Of a stretch of 49,496 nucleotides of DNA, positions 34,224-42,994 are shown piece by piece. The first letter of the stretch is position 1. Every line of letters begins with the position of its first letter. Location of the stretch: assembly GCA_039798445.1 (NCBI GenBank), contig JBDKFZ010000005.1, forward strand, positions 1 through 49,496. Reading direction: 5' to 3'. Position numbers and translations under genes: made by a program. The stretch comes from Candidatus Parcubacteria bacterium. Lineage in GTDB: Bacteria > Patescibacteriota > Minisyncoccia > Phycocordibacterales > EsbW-18. The notes under the pieces are model-generated. The model was not told the origin of the DNA, ran no database searches, and saw only the letters and a program-made list of their open reading frames with translations.

Positions 34224-34603
34224 TGGTGGAGATGGCGGGTTTGACCCCACGTCCGTTGTGTTGTTCTTGACGCATCTACATGACGTAGCAAGTCTTGAAT
34301 TCTCGTGTCATATCTCGAAGACAGGCGAAACGATATGACATAGAGCTTTGAATCTTAAGCTGATGATCAAAGCGGCCTCATCAGCAGCGGTTCGAAGGTT
34401 TTACGCCTCACGCACTCTATCGAACAGTCGAATGCGGAGACGTTCGTTACGCGTTAGCGTAAGCGAATGTGAAATCCTTAGCAGTGAAGTAAGGACTTAC
34501 AGATCCTGATTTTGCAGGTAGGTTTGCGCCATTGGTAAGGAAGGTAGCGCGCTCCCGCCACGCACGAAAAGAAGCGAACACAGCGTCGAAGCAAGACATC
34601 CCC
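34224..34603 (-). ncRNA. ssrA: tmRNA (one-piece, 380 nt)
   Basis: 5' GGGGAUG...UUCGAC; 3' CAUCUCC-ACCA with G3:U70 Ala identity pair; tag ORF 34515-34447 AKSGSVSPYFTAKDFTFAYANA*; adjacent smpB. Confidence 0.95.
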
Positions 34604-34766
34604 CGTTGGGGAAGAAAGATCCAATGGACAAATCCCATGGGCCGAACAAATCTCAAACTCTAAAGTCAGATCTGCTGTTGTTGAGTGTTCGGCACACGAT
34701 TTCTGATACGTGATAGTTCCACCCCTGCGGTAAACGTCTTGCTGTTTGTATGTGTCGATAGGGAAC

Positions 34767-35210
34767 CTATCGATTTTTCAAAGTACGTCCGGTATCGCGA
34801 CGAACGGCCTCCTTTTTGAGAGCTTCGCGCTTGTCGTAGTTCTTCTTTCCTTTCACGAGGGCAAGGGAGACCTTGATATACCGTCCTTTATTATAGACCG
34901 AAAGTGGTACTATTGTCAACCCCTTCTCTTTTTTCTCCATGGCGAGCGTTGTCAGCTCTTTCTTTGAAATGAGGAGGGGACGGGGCCGTTTGGGGTCATA
35001 TGACTCCGAAATGTTCTTGGGTTGATAGGGCTCGATGTGCATATTCATCAATTGGGCCGAGGTTCCAGAGAATTCTACATATGCACCATCAAGGGAGGCG
35101 CGGTGTGCCCGTATGGACTTCACCTCACTGCCTTCCAAAGCGATACCAGCCTCGATGGTCTCAAGGATGCTGTAATCGCGGCGTGCTTTTCTGTTCTCAA
35201 TCCGTTCCAT
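34767..35210 (-). CDS. smpB: SsrA-binding protein SmpB
   Basis: NRKARRDY, EAGIALEGSEVKSIR, GLTIVPL, KGKKNYDKRE. Confidence 0.97.
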   Translation of the reverse strand: MERIENRKARRDYSILETIEAGIALEGSEVKSIRAHRASLDGAYVEFSGTSAQLMNMHIEPYQPKNISESYDPKRPRPLLISKKELTTLAMEKKEKGLTIVPLSVYNKGRYIKVSLALVKGKKNYDKREALKKEAVRRDTGRTLKNR

Positions 35211-35313
35211 GCAGGTATCATACAGGCCTTTGACTTTGAGACGAAGCGGGCGTATCGTCGCATTCGGCTGTACAAACTTTTGGCCTGATGGCCAGGAAGG
35301 AAAAGGGACTGCT

Positions 35314-35598
35314 ATGGAAATCTTTTGGATTTGGGCAATCAGTATCTGCATCGGAGGAGCCGTCTGGATTGCCACGTTCCTGTTCGGGCCGGCAATTCTG
35401 GAGCGTCGTCCGGACATTGGGGCTCTCATCGTGGGTATCCTGAGCGCGGTGGGGTTCGGGCTGATTCAGCTGTATGTCTTCTCCACCCGCTGGCCGTTCA
35501 TCGTCCTCGGGATTATCACGGTGATCGTCGACGTCCTTTTCATTCTCGCTATCTGCTCTGGAGGAGGTGAAGAAGACGACGACTACCACTATCGCTGA
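35314..35598 (+). CDS. Small three-TM hypothetical protein with acidic tail
   Basis: Hydrophobic segments, purine-rich SD, hairpin after stop. Confidence 0.65.
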   Translation: MEIFWIWAISICIGGAVWIATFLFGPAILERRPDIGALIVGILSAVGFGLIQLYVFSTRWPFIVLGIITVIVDVLFILAICSGGGEEDDDYHYR

Positions 35599-35707
35599 CC
35601 AGCTCTGCTTCTTCGCCCACGACACCCACAGAGGATCGTGGGCTTGTCGTTTCTGTTTTTAATAGGCAAAGCTAAAAGTCAGAAGCTAAAAGCTGTATAC
35701 TCTTCCC

Positions 35708-37609
35708 ATGTCACAACGCGCCACCAAGCAACCAAAACAGCCTCGCAAGGAGCCACAGCCAAAGTTCCCCAAGAGCTTTATTACACAGATTCTCATCACG
35801 GTAATCATTTTCTTTGTCATTTCATCGGCGTACACGCTTTTCACCGACCAGAAAGATGCCAATGAGATTCCGTTCTCTCAGGTTGCCCAAGATATTTCGA
35901 CCGGCTCGATCACGTCGATCGTTGTCGAAGGTGACACACTCACGATTATCCGCGCGGATGGTTCGGAGCAGACATCACGCAAAGAAACTGGCGTTGGCCT
36001 TTCGGAATCATTTGCTGCATATGGCGTGACTCCCGCCGAACTCGCATCAACGACCATCTCCGTGCAGAGTGCATCGGGCTTTTGGTTTTGGGTAATCAAT
36101 CTCGCACCAATTCTCATCCCGCTTCTTCTCATTGGATTCTTTATCTATATGATTACGCGCTCTGCAAAGGGAACAGGAATGCAGGCGTTCTCATTTGGTC
36201 AGGCGCGCGCCAAGTTCTTTGATCCCAAAGACAACAAGAAAGTTCTCTTCAAAGATGTCGCCGGTGTGAAAGAAGCAAAAGAAGAACTTCTCGAAATCGT
36301 CGACTTCCTCAAGAATCCCAAGAAGTTCCTCGCAATCGGTGCGCAAATTCCAAAGGGTGTTTTGCTCATGGGAAGCCCAGGTACCGGTAAGACATTGCTC
36401 GCACGTGCGGTAGCAGGGGAGGCGGGTGTTCCGTTCTTCTCAATCTCGGGTTCTGAGTTCGTTGAGATGTTCGTCGGTGTCGGTGCATCCCGCGTGCGCG
36501 ACTTGTTCCAAACGGTGAAAAAAGCGGCTCCTGCAATTATCTTTATTGATGAGATTGATGCCGTCGGTCGTGTTCGTGGCACGGGTGTTGGTGGTGGCAA
36601 TGACGAGCGCGAACAGACACTCAACCAGATTCTTGTTGAAATGGATGGATTCGAGCCAACAGAAGAAGTGATTGTCATGGCAGCGACCAATCGTCCTGAT
36701 GTGCTCGACCCTGCGCTTCTTCGCCCAGGTCGCTTTGATCGCCGCGTGCGTCTCGATCTTCCTGACCGCGCCGACCGCGAGGCGATTCTTGCGATCCATG
36801 CACGCACCAAGCCGCTTGCCGAAGATGTTGTCCTCAAAACAATTGCTGAGCGAACGCCAGGGTTCTCTGGCGCTGATCTCCAATCGCTCATGAACGAAGC
36901 AGCGATTCTTGCTGCTCGTGAGAACCGTATGAAGGTTGCACAGTTCGACCTCATCCGCTCGATCGAGAAGGTCATGATGGGACCGGAGCGACGTAGTCAT
37001 ATCCTTTCTGACAAAGAAAAGAAGATTACCGCATACCACGAAGCCGGTCATGCGCTCGTCGCATCGGTGCTCACTGAGTCAGACCCGATCCACAAAGTCT
37101 CGATTATCGCGCGCGGGCACATGGGCGGTTATACGCTCTCGCTTCCGCTCGAAGAGAATCGTTTGTTCACGCGCAAAGCGTTTCTCGATCGTCTCGCAAT
37201 GACGCTTGGTGGATACGCAGCAGAAGAAATGGTCTTTGGTGATATCACAACCGGTCCATCAAACGATCTTCAGGTCGCATCATCGCTCGCACGTGACATG
37301 GTGACGCGCTACGGCATGTCGCTCGAAGTGGGCCCTGTTGCACTCGTCGAAGACGTTCAGCACCAAGGAGGTATGTCAGAAGTCCGCGACTACTCAGAAA
37401 AGATTGCTGCCAAGGTTGATGATGAAGTCGGCAAGCTCTTGAGCGTCGCGCGAGAACGCGCCGCAAAGGTTCTCACCGACCACAAGCATGTTCTCGATGC
37501 GATTGTGAATGTCCTCATCGAAAAAGAGACCATCGAACAAGACGATTTTGAGGCCATCCTTCGCGCCCACGGCATTGCTGTGAAGGGGAAGGAGAAGGGG
37601 GTATCATAA
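35708..37609 (+). CDS. ftsH: ATP-dependent zinc metalloprotease FtsH
   Basis: Two TMs, [40 protein letters not shown]. Confidence 0.98.
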   Translation: MSQRATKQPKQPRKEPQPKFPKSFITQILITVIIFFVISSAYTLFTDQKDANEIPFSQVAQDISTGSITSIVVEGDTLTIIRADGSEQTSRKETGVGLSESFAAYGVTPAELASTTISVQSASGFWFWVINLAPILIPLLLIGFFIYMITRSAKGTGMQAFSFGQARAKFFDPKDNKKVLFKDVAGVKEAKEELLEIVDFLKNPKKFLAIGAQIPKGVLLMGSPGTGKTLLARAVAGEAGVPFFSISGSEFVEMFVGVGASRVRDLFQTVKKAAPAIIFIDEIDAVGRVRGTGVGGGNDEREQTLNQILVEMDGFEPTEEVIVMAATNRPDVLDPALLRPGRFDRRVRLDLPDRADREAILAIHARTKPLAEDVVLKTIAERTPGFSGADLQSLMNEAAILAARENRMKVAQFDLIRSIEKVMMGPERRSHILSDKEKKITAYHEAGHALVASVLTESDPIHKVSIIARGHMGGYTLSLPLEENRLFTRKAFLDRLAMTLGGYAAEEMVFGDITTGPSNDLQVASSLARDMVTRYGMSLEVGPVALVEDVQHQGGMSEVRDYSEKIAAKVDDEVGKLLSVARERAAKVLTDHKHVLDAIVNVLIEKETIEQDDFEAILRAHGIAVKGKEKGVS

Positions 37610-37637
37610 GGGTGCTTACAATCAATAACTTATATCT

Positions 37638-38063
37638 ATGAAATTCGAATTAGGAAACTTTTTTGGCGGCAATAAGGATACTGGTCGTACTCAAGAGGAA
37701 GCAAAAGGACGTTCAGCAAAAGGCGCGGTCGATATCGCAGAATCGATAGGGGAACAAAATAAAGTGGTAATGGAAAATGCGATCGAAGTTGAAACCGAGG
37801 AGGAGCGGGAGGCTCGCCCAGAACGCCAGGAACGTATTCAAAACGGACTCGAAATGCTGTGGAATCGTTACCACATGCAGCGTGGTGAAATGAAGGGCAA
37901 GACTGACATGATGACGGGTCTTCTTGTTAAGGCAGGTGTTTTAACACAGCACGAAGCTAAGCTGGACAGCAGTCGTTCCATGGTCGAAGAACTTTCAAGT
38001 GCCCTCGATGATTCACGATCCCAAGTCGAAGCTAGCGATAAGAACGCTGCTCAGATTAACTAG
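37638..38063 (+). CDS. Hypothetical charged helical protein
   Basis: 141-aa ORF 28 nt downstream of ftsH. Confidence 0.7.
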   Translation: MKFELGNFFGGNKDTGRTQEEAKGRSAKGAVDIAESIGEQNKVVMENAIEVETEEEREARPERQERIQNGLEMLWNRYHMQRGEMKGKTDMMTGLLVKAGVLTQHEAKLDSSRSMVEELSSALDDSRSQVEASDKNAAQIN

Positions 38064-38117
38064 ATTTGACGAATCTAACGTAATAGTGTACAATCCTTTC
38101 CAGAAAAGGAGGTGCCA

Positions 38118-38381
38118 GTGGACCCCCATGTCCTAGTATTTGTTCGACCGTCACCGCCTCAGCTCTCCGAGCGAGCAGCAAGAACCAAGGAGCTCCTTGA
38201 TAGGGCGGGGCTCGATCTTCTTACTGTCGACGTAAACAGGCTTTGCCTTTCTCTGGCGGAACTCGGTAGCGAGTTCCCGTGGGAGAAGGAGACAAGACTG
38301 CTCGACGACATCAAGGAAATCAGAGAGTACCAAAGACGTCTTCGTGTGTACGAAGACGTGCGCCGACGCCGACGTTCTTAA
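38118..38381 (+). CDS. Small hypothetical protein
   Basis: TTGACG(38066)-17-TACAAT(38089), AAGGAGG SD, GTG start, terminator 38380-38409. Confidence 0.65.
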   Translation: MDPHVLVFVRPSPPQLSERAARTKELLDRAGLDLLTVDVNRLCLSLAELGSEFPWEKETRLLDDIKEIREYQRRLRVYEDVRRRRRS

Positions 38382-38422
38382 CCGGCCCCCGTTTTTTGGG
38401 GGCCGTTTCACGTTCCTGACTA

Positions 38423-39574
38423 TTATTTATTTTCTATTCTGTCGAATGAGAGGAGCGCGGAAACGTTGTGTTGGACGTAGTCGATGCGCACTTCGTATTC
38501 GTCGAGGCTTTCGTGGAAGGCTCCCACTGCGGTCGGGTCTGCATCGAGCGATGCGAGTTGGCGCGCAGTGAACTGTGTACGAAGTTGGAACTCGAGCGCC
38601 TTTTTCATAATATCTTTTGCGTTCATCGCTGACGTTTCATCTCCTGCTTGCATGAAGAGTTCGTATGCTGCCCCTAGACCTTCGCTTCGTGTGGCTGTCG
38701 GCGTTGAGCGGGGAGGGTTGTAGAATCCACCGTTCCAATCCGCCTTGTCTCCAGTTTGATCATGGTGTTGAATCGCTTCAATCGATTTGACGATTCTGTG
38801 CGCGTGAGCAAGATATGCAGCATCGGCACGGTTCGTGTAGAGCTCGTTAAGACCATAGAGAAGCCAGTGGTCGTGGTTGAGGTCTGGAGTTGCCACATCG
38901 GCATCGCGCACCTCGATAAGCCAGTGCGCCGCTTTGTGCGCCGTGTCGATCCACACATCGTTGCCATCAACATCATGGAGACGGGCGAGGGCGAAGATCG
39001 CTTCGCCGGGGTAATACCCGGATGTAAAATCGTTCACAGTGCCAGCACTATCCATTTTGTGGATCGAGAACTCGCCGTCGGGGTTTTGTGTTGCGACCAT
39101 AAACTGAGCGAGAGCCTGAGCTTGTGCGAGATACTCAGTCGAACCTGTCACAAGCGCATGCTCGGCAAAAGCGAGGACTGCAAGCCCATTTCCGCCGAGC
39201 TTGATTTCATCTCCTTCTTTCACACAGGCAGCGTCGACAATGCCAGGGCAGGGGACGACTTGATCATTCAAATAAACGAGTGCTTGTTCTCCTGCACGGA
39301 GATAGCGCTCGTCTTTGGTCGCTTCATACAAATCGATGAGGGAATATGCGGTCCCTGCGTGGCGGAGAATGTTATATGTAGAAGACTCATCACCGGTGAC
39401 AGGATCGTATTCATAAACAAAAGAGCCGTCGTCATATATGTGGCTCACAAGATAATCACCACCGGCTTTGGCCGAGCGCAGGTACTTTGACCCATTGAGA
39501 TTGGGGAGAATGAAGGCAAGCAAGAGTACGATGACGCCGAGGCCGATGAGAAGATGGGGTGTTTTCAATTTCAT
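38423..39574 (-). CDS. Membrane-anchored (alpha/alpha)-barrel glycan-modifying-like protein
   Basis: N-terminal TM; YNILRHAGT, YYPGEA, DHW, RIDYVQH motifs; function uncertain. Confidence 0.7.
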   Translation of the reverse strand: MKLKTPHLLIGLGVIVLLLAFILPNLNGSKYLRSAKAGGDYLVSHIYDDGSFVYEYDPVTGDESSTYNILRHAGTAYSLIDLYEATKDERYLRAGEQALVYLNDQVVPCPGIVDAACVKEGDEIKLGGNGLAVLAFAEHALVTGSTEYLAQAQALAQFMVATQNPDGEFSIHKMDSAGTVNDFTSGYYPGEAIFALARLHDVDGNDVWIDTAHKAAHWLIEVRDADVATPDLNHDHWLLYGLNELYTNRADAAYLAHAHRIVKSIEAIQHHDQTGDKADWNGGFYNPPRSTPTATRSEGLGAAYELFMQAGDETSAMNAKDIMKKALEFQLRTQFTARQLASLDADPTAVGAFHESLDEYEVRIDYVQHNVSALLSFDRIENK

Positions 39575-39614
39575 GCTCGTAACGATACATGAACCGAGGC
39601 TTCGAGAGAACAGC

Positions 39615-40292
39615 TTACTTGCTAAGCGCGTCGCGGACGATGCGGAGCGCCTCCTCAAGCACTTCCTCCTGGGTCTTGTCAGAAGCATCGAGTATGTGCG
39701 CATCCGAGGCAGGGCGGAGACCCGACTCAGGGCGTTCGATATCCATACGGTCTCGTTCTTCTAAGGCTTTGTGGATGTCTTCGAGCGGTTCTTCAACGCC
39801 TTTCTTTTTTCGTTGGAGATGTCGCCACTCCGCACGTTTTCCGATGTCAGCCTCGAGATAGATTTTTACTTGTGCGTTGGGGAATACCACAGTGCCGATG
39901 TCGCGCCCTTCGACAACTGAATCGCCCCAATCGCGAACGATTTTGTTTTGCCATCCTCGAACAATCTCGCGGATTGCGGGAATCTTCGCAACTGCAGGCG
40001 TCATACGATCGGTCTGTGGCGAATGTGTGAGGTCGGTGATGTCTTGTCCACCAAAGACCACGTGCTGATCGGGACGATACTCGACTGTCGCATTCCGCAA
40101 GAACTCGAGACACCCTTCGAGATCATTCTCAATCTTATCTGCTACTTCTGCCGCGACCATACGGTAGAGGAGTCCACTGTTGAGATGACAAAAAGAAAGC
40201 GCCTTAGCAAGCTCTTTTGCTAAGGCGCTTTTTCCGGAACCGGATGTTCCATCAACGGTGATGACGATGGAGTCTTGGGGATGGTGGGGCAT
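39615..40292 (-). CDS. cmk: Cytidylate kinase
   Basis: VDGTSGSGKS, NSGLLYR, VEGRDIGTVVFP, RDRMD. Confidence 0.95.
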   Translation of the reverse strand: MPHHPQDSIVITVDGTSGSGKSALAKELAKALSFCHLNSGLLYRMVAAEVADKIENDLEGCLEFLRNATVEYRPDQHVVFGGQDITDLTHSPQTDRMTPAVAKIPAIREIVRGWQNKIVRDWGDSVVEGRDIGTVVFPNAQVKIYLEADIGKRAEWRHLQRKKKGVEEPLEDIHKALEERDRMDIERPESGLRPASDAHILDASDKTQEEVLEEALRIVRDALSK

Positions 40293-40318
40293 GGGGTGAT
40301 GATTAAAGGATAACATTA

Positions 40319-40391
40319 TCCGCCCCCATGGACTCGAACCATGAACCGCCGAGGTATAAGCTCGGAGCTCTAACCATTGAGCTAGGGGCGG
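40319..40391 (-). tRNA. tRNA-Ile (anticodon UAU), CCA not encoded
   Basis: CCGCCCC/GGGGCGG acceptor, D-arm GCTC/GAGC, anticodon arm CCGAG-CT TAT AC-CTCGG, T-arm CATGG-TTCGAGT-CCATG. Confidence 0.93.
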
Positions 40392-40425
40392 GACTCACGC
40401 GAGGCCATTGTGATATCCTTGCCCA

Positions 40426-42204
40426 ATGAATGCAACTCCTAAAAAGGCTTCAACAGTAACCACAGGACGCATCCTCGGAGTTTTTTACGAGGAATCAAAG
40501 AAGCACCCGGTGGGCTTTTTGGTCATATTGGTCTGTCTTATCGCCAACAGCATCATCACTGCTGTCGCGCCTCTCTACTACAAGGACTTTTTTGATGCGC
40601 TTTCTTCGGGTGCTGCGGTAGGTGTTGCCCTTACCGCCCTTATCTGGGGGCTTTCGCTCAAAGCTTTGGGATGGTTCTCGTGGCGTCCAATCTCATTTAT
40701 CACGAGCTGGATCCAGACTCGGGTGATGTCCAATCTTTCGAATAAGGCCTTCTCGAACATTCTCCACCACTCGCATGAATTCTTCACGAATTCATTCGTC
40801 GGTTCGCTCACACGCAAGATCAACAGGTTTGCATCTGCGTACGAGACAATCTTTGACCAATTCGCGTACTCGCTCATACCGCTTTTCATCTCGACGGTAG
40901 CAATGCTCTTCGTCATCTTCTCGCGATCGAAAGAAATTGGATTTGCGTTGCTCATATGGTGCGTTGTCCTGATCTACGTCAACTATCTCGTAATCAAATG
41001 GAAGCAGAAGTATGAGGAAGAGCGCGCTGCTGCTGACACCAAGGTTGGTGCTATCGCATCCGATACGCTTACGAACAGCACGACCATCAAGCTTTTTTCT
41101 GCGTTCGACCACGAAGAGGGAGTGTTCGGCGCGGCTGTTGAAGCTCTCCGAAAGATTCGTTTGTTTACGTGGAACATCAACGAAACAGTGCGCGCGGTGC
41201 AAGGGCTCCTGACAATCATCATTGAAGTGGTTGTTATGCTCGGTTCGGTCCAGCTTTATCAAAAGGGGCTGCTCACGGTTGGTGATTTCGTCTTGTTCCA
41301 GACCTATATCCTCACGCTCTCTAACTCGTTGTGGGGTATTGGTTGGGTCCTTAAGAATCTCTATCAATCATTTGCTGATGCGAAGGAGATGGTCGAGATA
41401 CTCGATATGCCATTCGGTGTCAAAGATGTTCCTGACGCGGGAACGCTCAAGGTTGCAGAAGGCAAAATTGATTTCATTGACGTGATCTTTAACTTTAATG
41501 AGACGCGCAGAGTGCTCGACGGTTTCTCTCTCTCAATTGCCCCAGGAGAAAAGGTTGCATTCATCGGTCCTTCGGGCGCAGGAAAGACCACAGTCACGAA
41601 ACTTTTGTTCCGTTTTCACGATGTAACTTCAGGCACCATCCTCATCGACGGCCAAGACATCTCAAAAGTCACCCAAGATAGTCTTCGCGACGCGATTGCG
41701 TTGGTGCCACAAGAGCCAATTCTCTTCCACCGTTCGCTCATGGATAACATCCGCTACGGACGTCGCGACGCGACTGACGAAGAAGTTCTTGAAGCTGCCA
41801 AGAAAGCCCGTTGTCACGAGTTCATCTCGTCGCTTCCTGATGGATATGACACGATGGTCGGCGAGCGTGGCGTGAAGCTCTCGGGTGGTGAGCGTCAGCG
41901 CGTCGCTATCGCTCGCGCGATTCTCAAAGACGCGCCGATTCTTGTGCTCGACGAAGCAACATCGAGCCTCGACTCCGAATCAGAGCACCTCATCCAAGAA
42001 GCACTCAATATCCTCATGGAAGGGAAGACGGTCATCGTCATTGCACACCGCCTCTCGACCATCATCACGATGGACAGGATCATCGTCATCGAGGGCGGTA
42101 ACATCCGCGCGATGGGCACGCACGACGAGCTCCTCACAAAAGACGATCTCTACAAAAAGCTTTGGTCCATTCAGGCAGGAGGATTTTTGAAGGAGGAAAA
42201 TTAA
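40426..42204 (+). CDS. ABC exporter, fused permease/ATPase (MsbA-like)
   Basis: TM domain; GPSGAGKT, LSGGERQR, LDEATSSLD, IAHRLST. Confidence 0.95.
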   Translation: MNATPKKASTVTTGRILGVFYEESKKHPVGFLVILVCLIANSIITAVAPLYYKDFFDALSSGAAVGVALTALIWGLSLKALGWFSWRPISFITSWIQTRVMSNLSNKAFSNILHHSHEFFTNSFVGSLTRKINRFASAYETIFDQFAYSLIPLFISTVAMLFVIFSRSKEIGFALLIWCVVLIYVNYLVIKWKQKYEEERAAADTKVGAIASDTLTNSTTIKLFSAFDHEEGVFGAAVEALRKIRLFTWNINETVRAVQGLLTIIIEVVVMLGSVQLYQKGLLTVGDFVLFQTYILTLSNSLWGIGWVLKNLYQSFADAKEMVEILDMPFGVKDVPDAGTLKVAEGKIDFIDVIFNFNETRRVLDGFSLSIAPGEKVAFIGPSGAGKTTVTKLLFRFHDVTSGTILIDGQDISKVTQDSLRDAIALVPQEPILFHRSLMDNIRYGRRDATDEEVLEAAKKARCHEFISSLPDGYDTMVGERGVKLSGGERQRVAIARAILKDAPILVLDEATSSLDSESEHLIQEALNILMEGKTVIVIAHRLSTIITMDRIIVIEGGNIRAMGTHDELLTKDDLYKKLWSIQAGGFLKEEN

Positions 42205-42212
42205 GAATAATT

Positions 42213-42983
42213 ATGTCTACAGATAAAAACACTATAGATTCATACAATTCCTACGCAGAAAAATGGGCACAAAAGATGCGAAGTGGAGAGAACATCGCTC
42301 ACGAGTATCTTGAAAAGCCTGCGATGTATGCAAAACTCCCAGATCTCAGTGGACTCAGAGTTTTGTGTCTTGGATGTGGTACGGGTGAAGAGTGTGCACA
42401 TCTTGCTTCTCTCGGCGCCAAAGTTGTTGGTGTAGATATTTCCGAAGGTCTCATCGAGTATGCGAAAAAAAGCTACCCAGAACTCGAATTTCACGTAATG
42501 GATATGGAACAGCTGGATTTTCCTCCCGAGTCTTTTGATTTTGTATATTCCAGTCTCGTCATGCATTACGTTGAGCCTTGGCAGGGTATCTTGAAGTCCC
42601 TTCACACACTTCTCAAGAAAGACGGACGATTTTTATTTTCCACACATCACCCAGTGCGGTGGGGATCGCAGAAGACATACGAGGGCACCAACAGTGCGGT
42701 ATTGATGGGATACAAAAAGTTCAAAGCATCAAAAACCTGTGAGGTTGTGGGAGATTATCTGACTACGAGGAGGATTAACGATACCTGGTTTGAAGATTTC
42801 AAAGTATCTTACATTCACCGCTCAATGCAGGAAATCCTCAAAGACATCATAGACTCCGATTTTGACCTGATTGATTTCATTGAACCGAAGTCGACAGATA
42901 CATGTCGAGAGGTAGATCCTGTTTTTTGGGAGATTCACCAGAAGATTCCACTCTTTATGATTTTTGACTTGTTGAAAAAGTAG
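42213..42983 (+). CDS. Class I SAM-dependent methyltransferase
   Basis: VLCLGCGTG, GVDIS, FDFVYSSLVMHY. Confidence 0.9.
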   Translation: MSTDKNTIDSYNSYAEKWAQKMRSGENIAHEYLEKPAMYAKLPDLSGLRVLCLGCGTGEECAHLASLGAKVVGVDISEGLIEYAKKSYPELEFHVMDMEQLDFPPESFDFVYSSLVMHYVEPWQGILKSLHTLLKKDGRFLFSTHHPVRWGSQKTYEGTNSAVLMGYKKFKASKTCEVVGDYLTTRRINDTWFEDFKVSYIHRSMQEILKDIIDSDFDLIDFIEPKSTDTCREVDPVFWEIHQKIPLFMIFDLLKK

Positions 42984-42994
42984 AACGTTACTCT

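Noticed and set aside
34224-34603. Two-piece (permuted) tmRNA
   Set aside because: The 5' GGGG end, tag and 3' CCA end are in standard order.
34447-34656. 69-aa minus-strand ORF
   Set aside because: It is the tmRNA tag reading frame extended upstream, not a gene.
12529-35693. Short repeats considered as possible CRISPR arrays
   Set aside because: Heptamer units without spacers; the 31-nt repeat has only two copies 2 kb apart; no cas genes.
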